A DNA stretch of 64,000 bases from an uncultured Chloroflexia bacterium (GCA_963797095.1 CAWCNY010000003.1:1-64000); one strand, 5' to 3'. Counted from the first letter of the stretch, positions 10,580 through 21,299 are shown. The notes: generated by a model from the letters alone, not told the origin. Made by a program: numbers and translations.

Positions 10580-10649
10580 CCGAATCGAAGAGGCTCCCCT
10601 TGGCCTAATAATCCCCAAGAAATGGTGCCACTTAATTTCCAACTTTACA

Positions 10650-11307
10650 GGTTCGCGTCATAGAATTCGATGTAGTAAAGACCATAGTCCTTGAATAGCC
10701 TAGCTCTGTCGTGGTCCCGCATAGCTGTTGCACTGGGATGATACTGGTCCCCCATAACTTCGAGGATACCCCAGCGCCCGTTCCGACACACTACGAAGTC
10801 GGGTTCTCGCTTTATACCTTTTCCGCCCAGAATAGCAGTGGCGTTTGCGAAAAAAAGGACGTTTTGCTTCTTCAGAGCATCGTAGATTCTCGTTTCCGCT
10901 CTGGAGCGGAACCGGAGTCCATCATATTCAATAGTGCCTTCAGACACTAGCGATGCGCTATTGATGCCAACACGTTCGTCGTCAGGCGGGTTCTCCAGCA
11001 AAGGAGAAACGTGCAACTCATGTATTTCGTAGCCCGCCTCCTTGGGAAAGATCTCTTGCACCGCCTCATAGAGCTCCTTGCGTATATCGTCTGTGAAGCT
11101 GGCCAAGCGCGTCACAGGAACTCGAAATACGCACGTTGTATAGAATGTATTCCATCGCCTAGGCGAGTAAGAGCTTGAGGGCAGGAGTTCGCAAGTCGAA
11201 TTGGAAAGCAGTTCCGCTATGTCAGTTCGTCCAAGAGCCTCAAAGTACTGCCGGAGTGTATAAAGGAATGTCTGTGAGGTGGGCAGTTCGTAAGTGAAAT
11301 CGCTCAA
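10650..11307 (-). CDS. Putative Vsr/DUF559-like endonuclease-domain protein, C-terminus clipped by the transposon
   Basis: FRSRAE..IY..L, EPDFVV and LEVMGDQYH. Its stop is supplied by the transposon IR. TTG start overlaps the helicase stop by 4 nt, with an AGGAGG RBS. Confidence 0.6.
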
Positions 11308-13877
11308 CCAACACCTCCTGTTTTCTTGTCGCCAGGATCGATATCCCTTAGCGTTCTTTTGCTGAGCCCAGTGTATAGAGCAGGCCAGAGAAGGTCACGC
11401 TGCTGAAGGATTTCCGCAACAACTGTAGGCAGGGTAACGACGGTGGCCCGTGTACAAATATCCACCAGAGCTGCGCGTACTCGTTGCGCTAGATCGTCAA
11501 ACTGATCCAGCTCAATCACTACTATGTCTACGCTTGGATTTGCATCAGCTGCCGCTGGCGCGACAGGCCCGATAAAGGCCTTGCAGATTGAACCCGGTGT
11601 AGTACCATCCACGTGGTCGATGATCCACTGTACGTGGTTATATAGTTGGCTCACATCGCGCTTTCGATATAGTGTACCCTCTACCTTATCCGTCTTGGCC
11701 TCCATACAAAACGAAATGCTGCCCGGCAGCGACCAAAGCACATCCGGCCCTGTACCATACTCATTATCCGGCCGGCTGGCCTCCAGACCAAGGTATTGGC
11801 CCAGTGCACGCAAAGCTTCCTCGGTGGAATTCGGACTTGCTGCCCCTTTCAACGCCGCTGCAGCAGCATCGAATTCCTCAAGGATATCACGCCTTACCTG
11901 CAAACCTCCATCGAGGTACCGCGCCACCTCAAGTGCCTGTGTAGGCAATGAGGCATCATAGGCTACCTGGTTTGAGGGTACGAATGGAGGAATAGCTTTC
12001 AGGGCCGAGTGGGCTTGGCGATATTGCGCCATGGCCGCTTGGTCATTATTTAGTCGCTGATAGCAATAGCCCAGCCACAACCGGTGCCAGGCGCCCAGGT
12101 TAGCACTCACCTTGAATGTCTCATTCACTCGTGCATCAAGTGCGCGGGCGGCTCCCTCAAAGTCTCCTTCCCAGAGAGCATGGCCAAACTTCACTTCGAC
12201 CTCCGCAATACCAACAGCTTCCCCCAAGGTGTTCGGTTCGTCAGTTGAAGGCTCAAACTCTCCATCAATCTCATCACGCCGCTCGTAATAGGTCAGCCAA
12301 TCCGGATCTCTTTCCAGGCATTGGCGCGCCGCATCCACAAGATCATCCAGGCTGTCAGCCTGCCTTGACAGCTCTATTCCCAAGCGTAGCTGGGTTTGCA
12401 AGAATTGAGGCAGCAATGCCCTATTCTGAGAATCGAAAAGCCAATAGACCAAGTCTTTCCCCTTCAGTACAACCACACCGTAATCGTTCATTCCCCGGGA
12501 GATACGGCCAAAACTCTGTATTACACGCGAGCCAACGACAGATCGAAGGCTCTTAACCAGGCCCAAAGTATCCCATAAATACCGGTCTAATTGTCCGGCA
12601 CCAGTGGGTAAGCCGTCTATTATCAACACACGACACGCATCACCCGGCAGATCAACGCCATCATATCTACCTGCCAACACCAGCACTGTATGCACTACAG
12701 TCCGCTTAAAATCTGTTATCTGCGCAGCAACATCCCTTTGTCCGACTACGAGATCTGGGACATCATGCCAAGCTTCAGCCTTGCTAAAGGTCGGTACGAG
12801 CACGAGGCTTTTGTGATCGGCTAAAATTGCTTTCGCCGTATCTGCCTCCGCCACCTCTTTCGTCTCTTCTGTCCTGCCGCTAGAGGGGTTGAGGCGAGGA
12901 ACAATAATGAGCCGCTCGCTCTCCCCAGCCGTTGTCACAGGCTTAATGATCCGATCCGGTACACGACCAAACGTACGGAGAAGCACGTCGTTAGCCGCCA
13001 AGGTGGCGGAAAGATATATCCTCCTCACGCCTTGGCCGAAATAAGGGAGGGTATTTACTGGAACAATATAAGGTGTGAAAGCAATCTCGCGACCAGATAT
13101 GAAGAGCGTACATAGGCTCAAGTGGTCACGCAGGTATGCCCATGCGAACATGGTTTCCTGGTGCTCTGTTAGCTCAGCGTCCATCAGCAGACGAGTTAGC
13201 TCGCCAAGCTGTTCGTACAAAGCGAATGGTGGGATGAACCAGGACACCAGCGGGCTCTTAAGGTTGAAGGTCTCACGATAGCCAACCCCCTTATCTATTC
13301 GGTCGTGATAACCTTGGAAAAGGGCTGTCAGCTGGTTGAATAACTCAGGATACGCCTCACGCTGAATCTTAAGCGTAAAGTGATCTCGGATTAGGTGTTC
13401 CGCGGTGTGGGCATCATCAAATATCACACCACCGACGCCATCATCAAAGAAGCGTGACCTACCATTGAATAGTGCTTGATAAGTAGTGACGCAAGGTGCT
13501 AAGTATTGGTGGTAGAGGTCGTTACTAAAGTTGCCCCTGAAATACGTGGTCACATCAAGGCCATAGTTCTGGGCCAAGGCACTTGTTTGCTCCACCAACT
13601 GGATAGAACTGCAGGTATAGAGCACATGTCCTTGGTTTTCATTTACCAGCGACTGTGCCACCAGCAAGCCAACCAACGTCTTACCGGCGCCAGTATTGAG
13701 CATGATAGCAACATCTCGTTGTGTGCGGTGCTCATGCCATTCCTGTAGGGCTTGGCCTTGTGCCAGCCACAGATCGTTGATCTCGGTCCGTTTTAGGCTA
13801 TGAAAAAGCTCGATGGGCTCGACTGTTTGCTTGTGGATTTTGGGCAATTTGATCTGGTTGAAGTTGATGGGCATCAA
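11304..13877 (-). CDS. SF2 DinG/XPD-like helicase with C-terminal PD-(D/E)XK nuclease (Hna-like anti-phage protein)
   Basis: TGAGKT, IFDDAH, SAT, YDGVDLP and QSFGRISRG helicase motifs, with C-terminal GPDVLW...MEAKT. Its size (857 aa) and architecture match Hna as I recall it. Confidence 0.72.
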   Translation of the reverse strand: MMPINFNQIKLPKIHKQTVEPIELFHSLKRTEINDLWLAQGQALQEWHEHRTQRDVAIMLNTGAGKTLVGLLVAQSLVNENQGHVLYTCSSIQLVEQTSALAQNYGLDVTTYFRGNFSNDLYHQYLAPCVTTYQALFNGRSRFFDDGVGGVIFDDAHTAEHLIRDHFTLKIQREAYPELFNQLTALFQGYHDRIDKGVGYRETFNLKSPLVSWFIPPFALYEQLGELTRLLMDAELTEHQETMFAWAYLRDHLSLCTLFISGREIAFTPYIVPVNTLPYFGQGVRRIYLSATLAANDVLLRTFGRVPDRIIKPVTTAGESERLIIVPRLNPSSGRTEETKEVAEADTAKAILADHKSLVLVPTFSKAEAWHDVPDLVVGQRDVAAQITDFKRTVVHTVLVLAGRYDGVDLPGDACRVLIIDGLPTGAGQLDRYLWDTLGLVKSLRSVVGSRVIQSFGRISRGMNDYGVVVLKGKDLVYWLFDSQNRALLPQFLQTQLRLGIELSRQADSLDDLVDAARQCLERDPDWLTYYERRDEIDGEFEPSTDEPNTLGEAVGIAEVEVKFGHALWEGDFEGAARALDARVNETFKVSANLGAWHRLWLGYCYQRLNNDQAAMAQYRQAHSALKAIPPFVPSNQVAYDASLPTQALEVARYLDGGLQVRRDILEEFDAAAAALKGAASPNSTEEALRALGQYLGLEASRPDNEYGTGPDVLWSLPGSISFCMEAKTDKVEGTLYRKRDVSQLYNHVQWIIDHVDGTTPGSICKAFIGPVAPAAADANPSVDIVVIELDQFDDLAQRVRAALVDICTRATVVTLPTVVAEILQQRDLLWPALYTGLSKRTLRDIDPGDKKTGGVG

Positions 13878-14184
13878 TATCCTCTTTCTGATAGACGCAG
13901 TGTGATGTCGAGACCCAGGGGGCCTTAGGATTCACAGGCCGGTAAAATATACGCTTGTAAAGCGTCAGTGTTGGGAGTATTGAGTATGTCCTTTATAGAA
14001 TTGCTCTTGTTGGCATAAAGAGCCTGCAACATCTTGACCGGCTTATCATCAGGTTAAGAGGCCTGACGCCATATTTCTGACTGGCTGATCCTGGTCGTGG
14101 GTAGTCTCTCGTCATATGCCCATCTGTGCTACAATCACTGTGAGGCTAAGTTCTACGAATGGTACACAACTGGTGCGCAACCTG

Positions 14185-15933
14185 ATGAATACGGATATCG
14201 ACAGCCGAATATGGCGGCAAGGGCGCCTTCCCATAATCTTACCTGATATAGGTGAAACCGCACCACTTGAGCTACACGAACGAGGTGCGGTCTTCACTCG
14301 CCGCGAAGTTGTAGAGTTCATCCTTGACCTCGTCGGCTACACGCCGGACAAACAACTCTATAGGATGAGATTATTAGAACCTTGTCTTGGACAGGGCGAT
14401 TTCTTGCTTCCTGTTGTCGATCGTCTCCTTGCATCGTGGCGCGCCAGAAACCAGAGCCACAGCACAGATACTGGCACCGGTGCGAGCGCAGGCGTAGGTG
14501 GAGATGCACTAGCTGAACTGCACAACGCTCTCTGCGGCGTCGAGCTGCATCAGGAGACATACTCCGAAAGCAGAGCGCAGATAGTCCACCGCCTGCGTGG
14601 GCACGGCCTCTCCGCTTCCCAAGCCACCGGCTTGGCCGACGCCTGGCTGATACGAGGCGATTATCTGCTGGTAGAGTTGAAAGGCCGCTTTGACTTTGTC
14701 GTGGGGAACCCACCTTATGTTCGACAAGAGCTAATACCTGATGAGCTCATGGCCGAATATAGGGAGCGCTACAGCACTATCTACGACAGGGCCGATCTCT
14801 ACATACCGTTTATCGAGCGGTCGCTGAGACTTCTTGAGGAAGGCGGGCACCTGGGCTTCATATGCGCTGACCGCTGGATGAAGAATCGCTATGGAGGGCC
14901 CTTACGTCAAACGATCTCTGTCGGGTTCCACCTTAAGACCTATGTAGATATGGTAGATACGCCGGCGTTTCAATCGGAAGTGACCGCCTACCCCGCTATA
15001 ACAATCGTAGCTCGTGAGAAAGGCACTACCACACGTGTAGCTCACCGCCCACAGATCACCACGAGAGATCTCTCAGAGCTTGCGGCAATGCTCACCGACC
15101 CCTCTCTCCCCGAAGATGCGAGCGGGGTACGCACCCTCAAGGGGATCGCGATAGGAGCTGAACCTTGGCTTCTTGAAGCCCCAGACCACTTAGCATTCGC
15201 TCGCCGGCTCGAAGCTGAGTTCCCCCCACTTGAAACGGCTGGTTGCAGGGTGGGTATTGGTGTTGCCACAGGCGCGGACAAGGCATTCATAGGTCTCTAT
15301 CAAGAGCTGCCAGTCGAGCAGGACCTCAAGGTCCCACTTGTTACCACCCGCGATATAGCGACGGGCAAGGTGGAATGGGGGGGGCTTGCCGTAATCAACC
15401 CCTTTGCGGAAGACGGCCGCCTAGTAAACTTGGCAGATTATCCAAGGCTGAAACAGTATCTAGAGCTACACCGTAATGAGATCGTGGGTCGGCATGTGGC
15501 GCAGAAGAACCCCACGAGCTGGTACCGTACCATAGATCGAATCTATCCTGCGTTGGCTTTGAAACCAAAATTGCTCATTCCAGACATCAAGGGTGACGCG
15601 CACATTGTCTATGAGGAGGGGCATCTCTACCCGCACCACAACCTTTACTACATCGACTCGGACGAATGGGACCTTAGAGCATTGCAAGCGGTCTTGCTCT
15701 CTGGGATCGCCCAACTCTTTGTATCCATCTACTCAACTCGGATGCGTGGAGGGTATATGAGATTCCAGGCGCAGTACCTACGGCGTATCAGGGTGCCATA
15801 TTGGCGCTCGGTGCCTAGTCATTTAAGAGAGGCCTTAGCCAGTGCAGCCGAGCGCGAGGACTTGATGGCCTGCAAGTTACTCACCAGTGAGTTGTATGGT
15901 CTGACGAAAGCAGAACAACAGGCGCTAGGCTAG
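14185..15933 (+). CDS. N6-adenine DNA methyltransferase, M.PaeR7I/M.XhoI-like
   Basis: [10 protein letters not shown] motif I, GNPPY motif IV and DLY..FIE. Adjacent to an XhoI-family REase. Start could be 14116. Confidence 0.9.
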   Translation: MNTDIDSRIWRQGRLPIILPDIGETAPLELHERGAVFTRREVVEFILDLVGYTPDKQLYRMRLLEPCLGQGDFLLPVVDRLLASWRARNQSHSTDTGTGASAGVGGDALAELHNALCGVELHQETYSESRAQIVHRLRGHGLSASQATGLADAWLIRGDYLLVELKGRFDFVVGNPPYVRQELIPDELMAEYRERYSTIYDRADLYIPFIERSLRLLEEGGHLGFICADRWMKNRYGGPLRQTISVGFHLKTYVDMVDTPAFQSEVTAYPAITIVAREKGTTTRVAHRPQITTRDLSELAAMLTDPSLPEDASGVRTLKGIAIGAEPWLLEAPDHLAFARRLEAEFPPLETAGCRVGIGVATGADKAFIGLYQELPVEQDLKVPLVTTRDIATGKVEWGGLAVINPFAEDGRLVNLADYPRLKQYLELHRNEIVGRHVAQKNPTSWYRTIDRIYPALALKPKLLIPDIKGDAHIVYEEGHLYPHHNLYYIDSDEWDLRALQAVLLSGIAQLFVSIYSTRMRGGYMRFQAQYLRRIRVPYWRSVPSHLREALASAAEREDLMACKLLTSELYGLTKAEQQALG

Positions 15934-15963
15934 TGTCAGCAGGAGCAGTTGTGAGCAGAGAGT

Positions 15964-16695
15964 ATGCCATTAGATCTGGTTGACTATGAAACGAAGGCCC
16001 GCGAAGCGGTGCAGGCGTTTTGGGGCAACCGTGATAAAGCGCGCCAAAAACAGATCGAGGCGGGTACGTTTGACGCCGGCGAACGTGGTGCTGTGACTGC
16101 GGGCAAGAATATGGACGGCTTTACCGCCCTGCTAATGGAGCTTGCGAGAGCCAATGGGCTGGCCGATGCCGATATTCATCAACGTCGCTCACTTCTAACT
16201 CTGCCTGGTTACTTCCGCCCCACAAAGGTTTGGGACATGCTGATTATCAACGGGGGGCGGCTGGTCGCAGCCTTAGAACTCAAGAGCCAGGTCGGCTCGT
16301 TCGGGAACAACTTCAACAACAGAGCTGAGGAGGCTATCGGCACAGCGTGCGATCTATGGACGGCATATCGGGAGGGTGCTTTCGGGGAGCAGCCGAGACC
16401 CTTTGTAGGGTGGATGATGCTAGTTGAAGACGACCTGGAGTCCCGCAGGCCTCTACACGACCGCTCGCCGCACTTCCCGCTGTTACCAGAATTTCAGGGG
16501 GCATCTTACCAACAACGATACAACATTTTCTGCCAGAGGCTAACACAGGAGCAGCTATACACGACCGCCTGCGTGATCGCATCGCCGCGCACTGCCATAT
16601 CAGATGGACAATATACAGAGCTCGGCGAAATGACGAGCCTAAAAACCTTAGTCACTAGCTTTGCAGGACATATAGCGGCAGAAGCTGCTCGATAA
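15964..16695 (+). CDS. PaeR7I/XhoI family type II restriction endonuclease (family recognises CTCGAG)
   Basis: [11 protein letters not shown] and [22 protein letters not shown] signature. Confidence 0.9.
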   Translation: MPLDLVDYETKAREAVQAFWGNRDKARQKQIEAGTFDAGERGAVTAGKNMDGFTALLMELARANGLADADIHQRRSLLTLPGYFRPTKVWDMLIINGGRLVAALELKSQVGSFGNNFNNRAEEAIGTACDLWTAYREGAFGEQPRPFVGWMMLVEDDLESRRPLHDRSPHFPLLPEFQGASYQQRYNIFCQRLTQEQLYTTACVIASPRTAISDGQYTELGEMTSLKTLVTSFAGHIAAEAAR

Positions 16696-16756
16696 AACCT
16701 CAAGAGCGAGCCGTCGTGCAAGAGCCCATCAATCGAATATGTAGAAGGAGTTCGGT

Positions 16757-17806
16757 GTGCGTATCAAGAGCCCTCTCAGCAACCTTAGCGAGACCATCAA
16801 CCAGGTCAAGGACTCCGCTGCCCAATATCGCACTACCTTACAGCGGAACGAGGCCGCAACTCGTGCTGTACTTATTGACCCCGTTCTACAAGCCTTGGGG
16901 TGGGATACTGCCAATATCTATATGGTCGAAGTAGAGAAAGTGCTCGACCAATCGCGCGTTGACTATGCTCTCTATGATCGCAATGGGAATGTCAGCGGTA
17001 TTGTGGAAGCAAAGCAGTTAGGAGCCAATCTTAGCGACAATACAATCACTATGACCATGGTCAGATATGCCTATAACTTCGGTACAAAGCGTATATTCGT
17101 AACCGATGGCCTGATATGGCAATATGTAACCATCGGTGAGCCTGGCCACATTGACATCGATACCGTCAACTTCGCAAAAGACAGCGCTGTGGACTGTGCA
17201 GCATTCCTTGTGGATCGTCTGGATGCAGCACGCTTCTGGCCAGAAGAGCAGACAATAGACGAACTAGCACAAAGAATAACTCAACTGGAGAGCACTCTGG
17301 CGACCCTCCAAAAGGAACTGTCCCAACAGCCAAAAGCCGCATCAGAAAAACCGATCCGCAACAATCCCGCTTCTATTGCTGCATCTCTACCTGCCCATCA
17401 TGAAGTGCCTACTTTACCCGAGGATATACCTTTCGTGGACCTCGCTGCAATTGGCGATGCTACTCATACTTCCCCCTACATGTTGCGCCTGCCCGATAAT
17501 AGCACTATCAAGTTGAGCCGTTGGAAGGATGTGCTGCTCGAATGTTGTAAGTTGGCACTAAATACCAACCCACACATCTCTATCCCACTCCCAGATGCTC
17601 GAGGGAAAAAGGTACGTCTTTTCGATACGATAAGGCCTGCGCAAGGACTGTCATTTGTTCGGCTAGAATACAACGGCCAGCCGATTTATATCTATACTAA
17701 CTATGACACGAATAGTTGCATTGCAAATGCCGTTTACATTCTAAAACAGGTTCCGACCTCACTGGCGAAGGTACAGCCTGGCGTAGTTTTCCATAAGAAT
17801 TCGTAA
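16757..17806 (+). CDS. HsdR_N-like nuclease domain + coiled coil + C-terminal putative DNA-binding domain
   Basis: NEAATR..LIDPVL.ALGWD, RVDYAL, IVEAK and VTDG..W motifs. Confidence 0.75.
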   Translation: MRIKSPLSNLSETINQVKDSAAQYRTTLQRNEAATRAVLIDPVLQALGWDTANIYMVEVEKVLDQSRVDYALYDRNGNVSGIVEAKQLGANLSDNTITMTMVRYAYNFGTKRIFVTDGLIWQYVTIGEPGHIDIDTVNFAKDSAVDCAAFLVDRLDAARFWPEEQTIDELAQRITQLESTLATLQKELSQQPKAASEKPIRNNPASIAASLPAHHEVPTLPEDIPFVDLAAIGDATHTSPYMLRLPDNSTIKLSRWKDVLLECCKLALNTNPHISIPLPDARGKKVRLFDTIRPAQGLSFVRLEYNGQPIYIYTNYDTNSCIANAVYILKQVPTSLAKVQPGVVFHKNS

Positions 17807-17898
17807 TGAACGACCATATACAAACCCAGCGCTGCTACCTCTGCGGCCAAACCAAACCCCTCTCTGAGTTCATCCAGCGAGTTCGATGACCGCTACTA

Positions 17899-18750
17899 GG
17901 CCTGTGAGTAGGATTGGACCCAAAACGTACGCTCTGGCGTTCAGTTTACTGTACAGTTGGACTGCAAACGTATATCATAAGAGCGATGAGCAATAATGAG
18001 CCGCTAAGCGAGCAGGTCCGGCAGCACCGGCAAATCAAAGACCGTCTACAAACAGCCGCCGTGCGGCTCGATGACGCTCAAATCGAGCGCACCTGGGCTA
18101 TCGTCTCTGCCTATGAGCAGGGCTTGTCGGTTCGGCAAATCGCTGCTGCCACCGGCCTCAGCTCCACCCGTGTACATCAACTGCTCACTTCTCTCCAATC
18201 GCAGCAGATTCCCCGCTGGCTCAGTCAAAACCGCGAACTACGCGAACTAGATGAGTCCTCCACGGGTCCGGCTGGACCAGCACAGATTGCGCCGCAGCCC
18301 AAGCCCAGGGACGGCTCAAGTGCGGTCTGGCTGGAGGCTGAAGTAGAGACTCTCCGTCAGTGTATCGGCTGGCTGGAACGACTGGAGCGTGGGGAGTCAG
18401 TCGTGGTGAACTTGCGCCTGGAGACAGAGGGTGTCACCGAGTTCGTAAACTTTGATGCGCAGCGGATCCGGGGAGTGCTTGCTCGGATTGCGGCCGATCT
18501 AGATGAGGTAGCGCGCAGGAGCAGTGGTGCGTCAGTGGGTGCGACAGCCGAAAGAGAGGATGCCTTGGTGCTGCATCGGCGCCGACTAGCTGAGCCGCCA
18601 GCACAACCAAGGCGCCTAAGTCCGTATGAAGAGCGGAATGCACTGCGGGCTGAAGCGGGCTTACCACCGCAGTAGGAGCATCCGTTGCTCATGTGTTCAG
18701 TAAACTGAACGCCAGAGCGTACGTTTTGGGTCCAATCCTACTCATAGGCC
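17899..18750. mobile_element. Non-autonomous element: 53-bp inverted repeats around one HTH gene
   Basis: GGCCT(G/A)TGAGTAGGATTGGACCCAAAACGTACGCTCTGGCGTTCAGTTTACTG at 17899-17951 and inverted at 18698-18750 (1 mismatch). No TSD. Confidence 0.85.
17986..18675 (+). CDS. Helix-turn-helix hypothetical protein
   Basis: GLSVRQIAAATGLSSTRVHQLL HTH motif. ATG at 17986 lies inside the IR pair. Confidence 0.7.
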   Translation: MSNNEPLSEQVRQHRQIKDRLQTAAVRLDDAQIERTWAIVSAYEQGLSVRQIAAATGLSSTRVHQLLTSLQSQQIPRWLSQNRELRELDESSTGPAGPAQIAPQPKPRDGSSAVWLEAEVETLRQCIGWLERLERGESVVVNLRLETEGVTEFVNFDAQRIRGVLARIAADLDEVARRSSGASVGATAEREDALVLHRRRLAEPPAQPRRLSPYEERNALRAEAGLPPQ

Positions 18751-20228
18751 CGATAGTGCTGGGCTTCGTTCTCATGGACAAGACTCTGGGAAGAGTGCCT
18801 GCCTTCTTCGGATCACTGGCCTGGATATCGACGCTCGGGCTGCTGCTCATCTGGGAAAACTATCCCGAAGAGTACGCGTTGCCTCTGCAGTTCGCCACGT
18901 GGTACATCTTCCACGAAGCAGCCACTTCAAAGCAGGCACCGAGGCGCAGAGCGCTCATGATGGGATCCATAGGTCTGATCACGGCAGCTTGCTTCCTGTT
19001 GAAGCCTACACTCGTGGGCACCGGGATCGCGGCTATTTTAGTCCTCTTATGGAGGAACGAGCTTGCAGAGCGTTCCCTCACACGTGCTCTTTCCGACGTG
19101 GCATGCGTCTTTGTCGGCATATTGCTGGCATTGGCGCCTGTAACTGCATACTTTTGGTCCCAGGGTGTTCTGGAAGCGGCGCTCGACGCCGTGTTCCGAT
19201 ACAACCTCTTTTACTCGGCAGCCTCTCCATTGGACCGGCTCCTTTCAGTCCTCTCCGGCCTGGGCGGTTTGCCTGCCCTCTCAGGTGCGCCGGCTCTGGC
19301 GCTGATTGCATATACAGAGACCTGGGGACAAACGCTCCAACGGAGTAGGCACTCATCCACTTCTAGCCCTCAGGCAGTTGTCGGAAGCACCCCCAATGGA
19401 AATTCCAGTCGCGCTTTAAGCCCCGAATGTGGATCAATATCCTCGTTGGCCCTGGCGTCGTTGCCCATCGAACTTCTGCTGGTAGCAATTTCCGGACGCA
19501 GCTACGGCTATTACTACACTGCCTGGCTGCCCGTGTTCGGGGTTCTGTGTGCGCTGTTTGCCAGGAACATACTGAGTGCAAAACCTGGTGAGAAGTGGAA
19601 CCCGGTGGTACGGATGTTCCTGCTCGGTGCCTTTTTGCCCGTGATCATCGGAATCCCTTCGGTCGTGGTGCTGACAAGAACCAGCACTCCCATAACAACA
19701 GACGTAACGCGTGCTGAAGCAGTCCAATATGTGAAGGCGCATACAAACTCGATCGACTCGGTGTTGATGTGGGGCGCAGAGCCAGGCGTGAACTTCGCCG
19801 GTCAAAGGCGATCGCCATCTCGCTTTGCTTACCAATATGCGCTGCTTACAACTGGATATACCGGCGGCCCTGTGATAAGCGATTTCGTGAGAGAGCTTGA
19901 GACCGACCAGCCTGCTCTCATCATAGATGCGTCCTCGAGCGATAAGATCACGCCCCCTATCGATGTCGATGCGCGCCAGCAATGGAAGCCGACCCTGGTG
20001 TATAGTCTGCCGCCGGAGATGGATGAGTTCTTCCAGTTTGTTGATACCCATTATCAACTCGCCGGCAGCCTTGGCCCTGACAACTGGCAGGTATATACCC
20101 GCATATACCCGCAAGCCAAATGCGGTGGACAGGCGGTAGCATGTGAGGATGATCGGCATTTGCCTCCGAAACTCATCAGGCCGAGCGCGAATGCTCCGCG
20201 CGGTATATGGGGTAAAGAGGTAGGGTAG
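18751..20228 (+). pseudogene. Multi-TM GT-C-like (ArnT/PMT-like) membrane protein, N-terminus lost
   Basis: Many TM segments, N.PEEY loop, LLKP and YYY..WLP. The computed start lies in the upstream IR and the stop lies in the intron remnant. Confidence 0.6.
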
Positions 20229-20755
20229 ACGGCTGGCGAGGTATCATTATCAGGGTCTTGCGCCGTCTTGCTGCCATCACTTGCACCCACAGTGGTTTCT
20301 CTCTCCGGCCTTCTTTCTTCAGATCGGCCAGTTTGCGAATATGATGCACTTCAACATGCTCTGTGGATTGACACAATTCGCATCTGTCCGCTAAGAGCCG
20401 TTTCAGTAGCTCATTGCGCTCAGGCCGTCTGTTGATGTTCGTTGGAAGGTCAGTAAGGATTGCATGGCTTGCATAGGGTTGGTGTTCAAGTTGGTGTTGC
20501 CCACCTTGACCATTTCGGCCATCTCGGCCCTGAACTTGGCGACGGAGGGGGATAGCCCCAAAGCGTGTTTCCAACGGCGGCTTCCCGCTCCCTTTCCGTT
20601 CTACTCTCACTTGAAGGCAGACATATTTCCCTTGCGGAGTTGTGATCGTTGTATGGTTCATCCGTCCAGATTTTCCCTGGCCCGCTCTGTACCATTGGCT
20701 GGCCATCGGCTTAGGCGTTACCCCCAGCTTCGCACCTCATGTTATCATGACGCAC
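20220..20755 (-). mobile_element. Internally deleted group II intron remnant
   Basis: 5' GTGCG at 20755 and 3' end ACCTCGCCAGCCGTCTACCCTAC at 20220. Between them is only the C-terminal maturase/HNH piece (ELLKRLLA..CELC...EVHHIRKL.DL...RRRKTL). Confidence 0.75.
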
Positions 20756-21008
20756 GTGGGGATTGGGAACAGGCTTTGGTGCGGATTGTAGGAAAGTTTG
20801 GCGCATTCGGTACGTATGTTTGGCGGCACATTGTTGCTCGATCAACTCTTCTCACCCACGTGAGATGGTCCAAGACCAAGCGATTCCCCCTCGTGCCACA
20901 CGTGCGGTCTGTAACGCCAAACTTATGTATCGAATGCGCCAAACTTTCCTACAATCCGCATTTGGACACTAGCCTGGGCTGATTGGTTTCAACCGTTCAA
21001 CCACTCAT

Positions 21009-21189
21009 TGTCATTTGTCAGAATGTTTGGCCGTTCTCTGCCAAAAGTTTGGCCGTTGTCTGCGATTCGCAGTTAGGCACATATTTGCTCCAGATGTCTG
21101 GATCACCCGCTGCTTCTCGTGCTTCCTAATCGGGGCCGGGTGCGGCCAAACTTTTGGCACAAAGCGGCCAATCTTTTTGACAAATGACA
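21009..21189. mobile_element. 181-bp MITE with TGT...ACA ends and 5-bp TSD CTCAT
   Basis: TGTCATTTGTCA / TGACAAATGACA termini, inner IR TGCCAAAAGTTTGGCCG. CTCAT at 21004-21008 and 21190-21194. Confidence 0.88.
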
Positions 21190-21247
21190 CTCATACGAAG
21201 CGACCTCGTATCGCACGTGCAACTCAAAGTCTAAAGTGACAACAGTT

Positions 21248-21299
21248 ACGTCCAGTTCTGAGGGGGCTGCGGGTCAGCAATGGCCCGCGGCTACCTGAT
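21248..21299 (+). other. Isolated group II intron 3' fragment (3' half of domain V plus domain VI)
   Basis: ACGTCCAGTTCTGAGGGGGCTGCGGGTCAGCAATGGCCCGCGGCTACCTGAT resembles the DV/DVI consensus and forms a GCAA-loop hairpin. Confidence 0.6.

Larger units (their letters stand above)
7998..10649 (+). mobile_element. Minimal Tn552/Tn5053-like (TniA/TniB) transposon
   Basis: About 42-bp IRs TGTAAAGTTGGAAATTAAGTGGCAC(G/C)ATTTCTTG(T/G)GGATTAT at both ends (TGT...ACA). No TSD. Confidence 0.88.

Noticed and set aside
20176-20706. Retron, DGR or other defence reverse transcriptase
   Set aside because: No RT catalytic domain remains. The fragment and its termini are of group II intron type.
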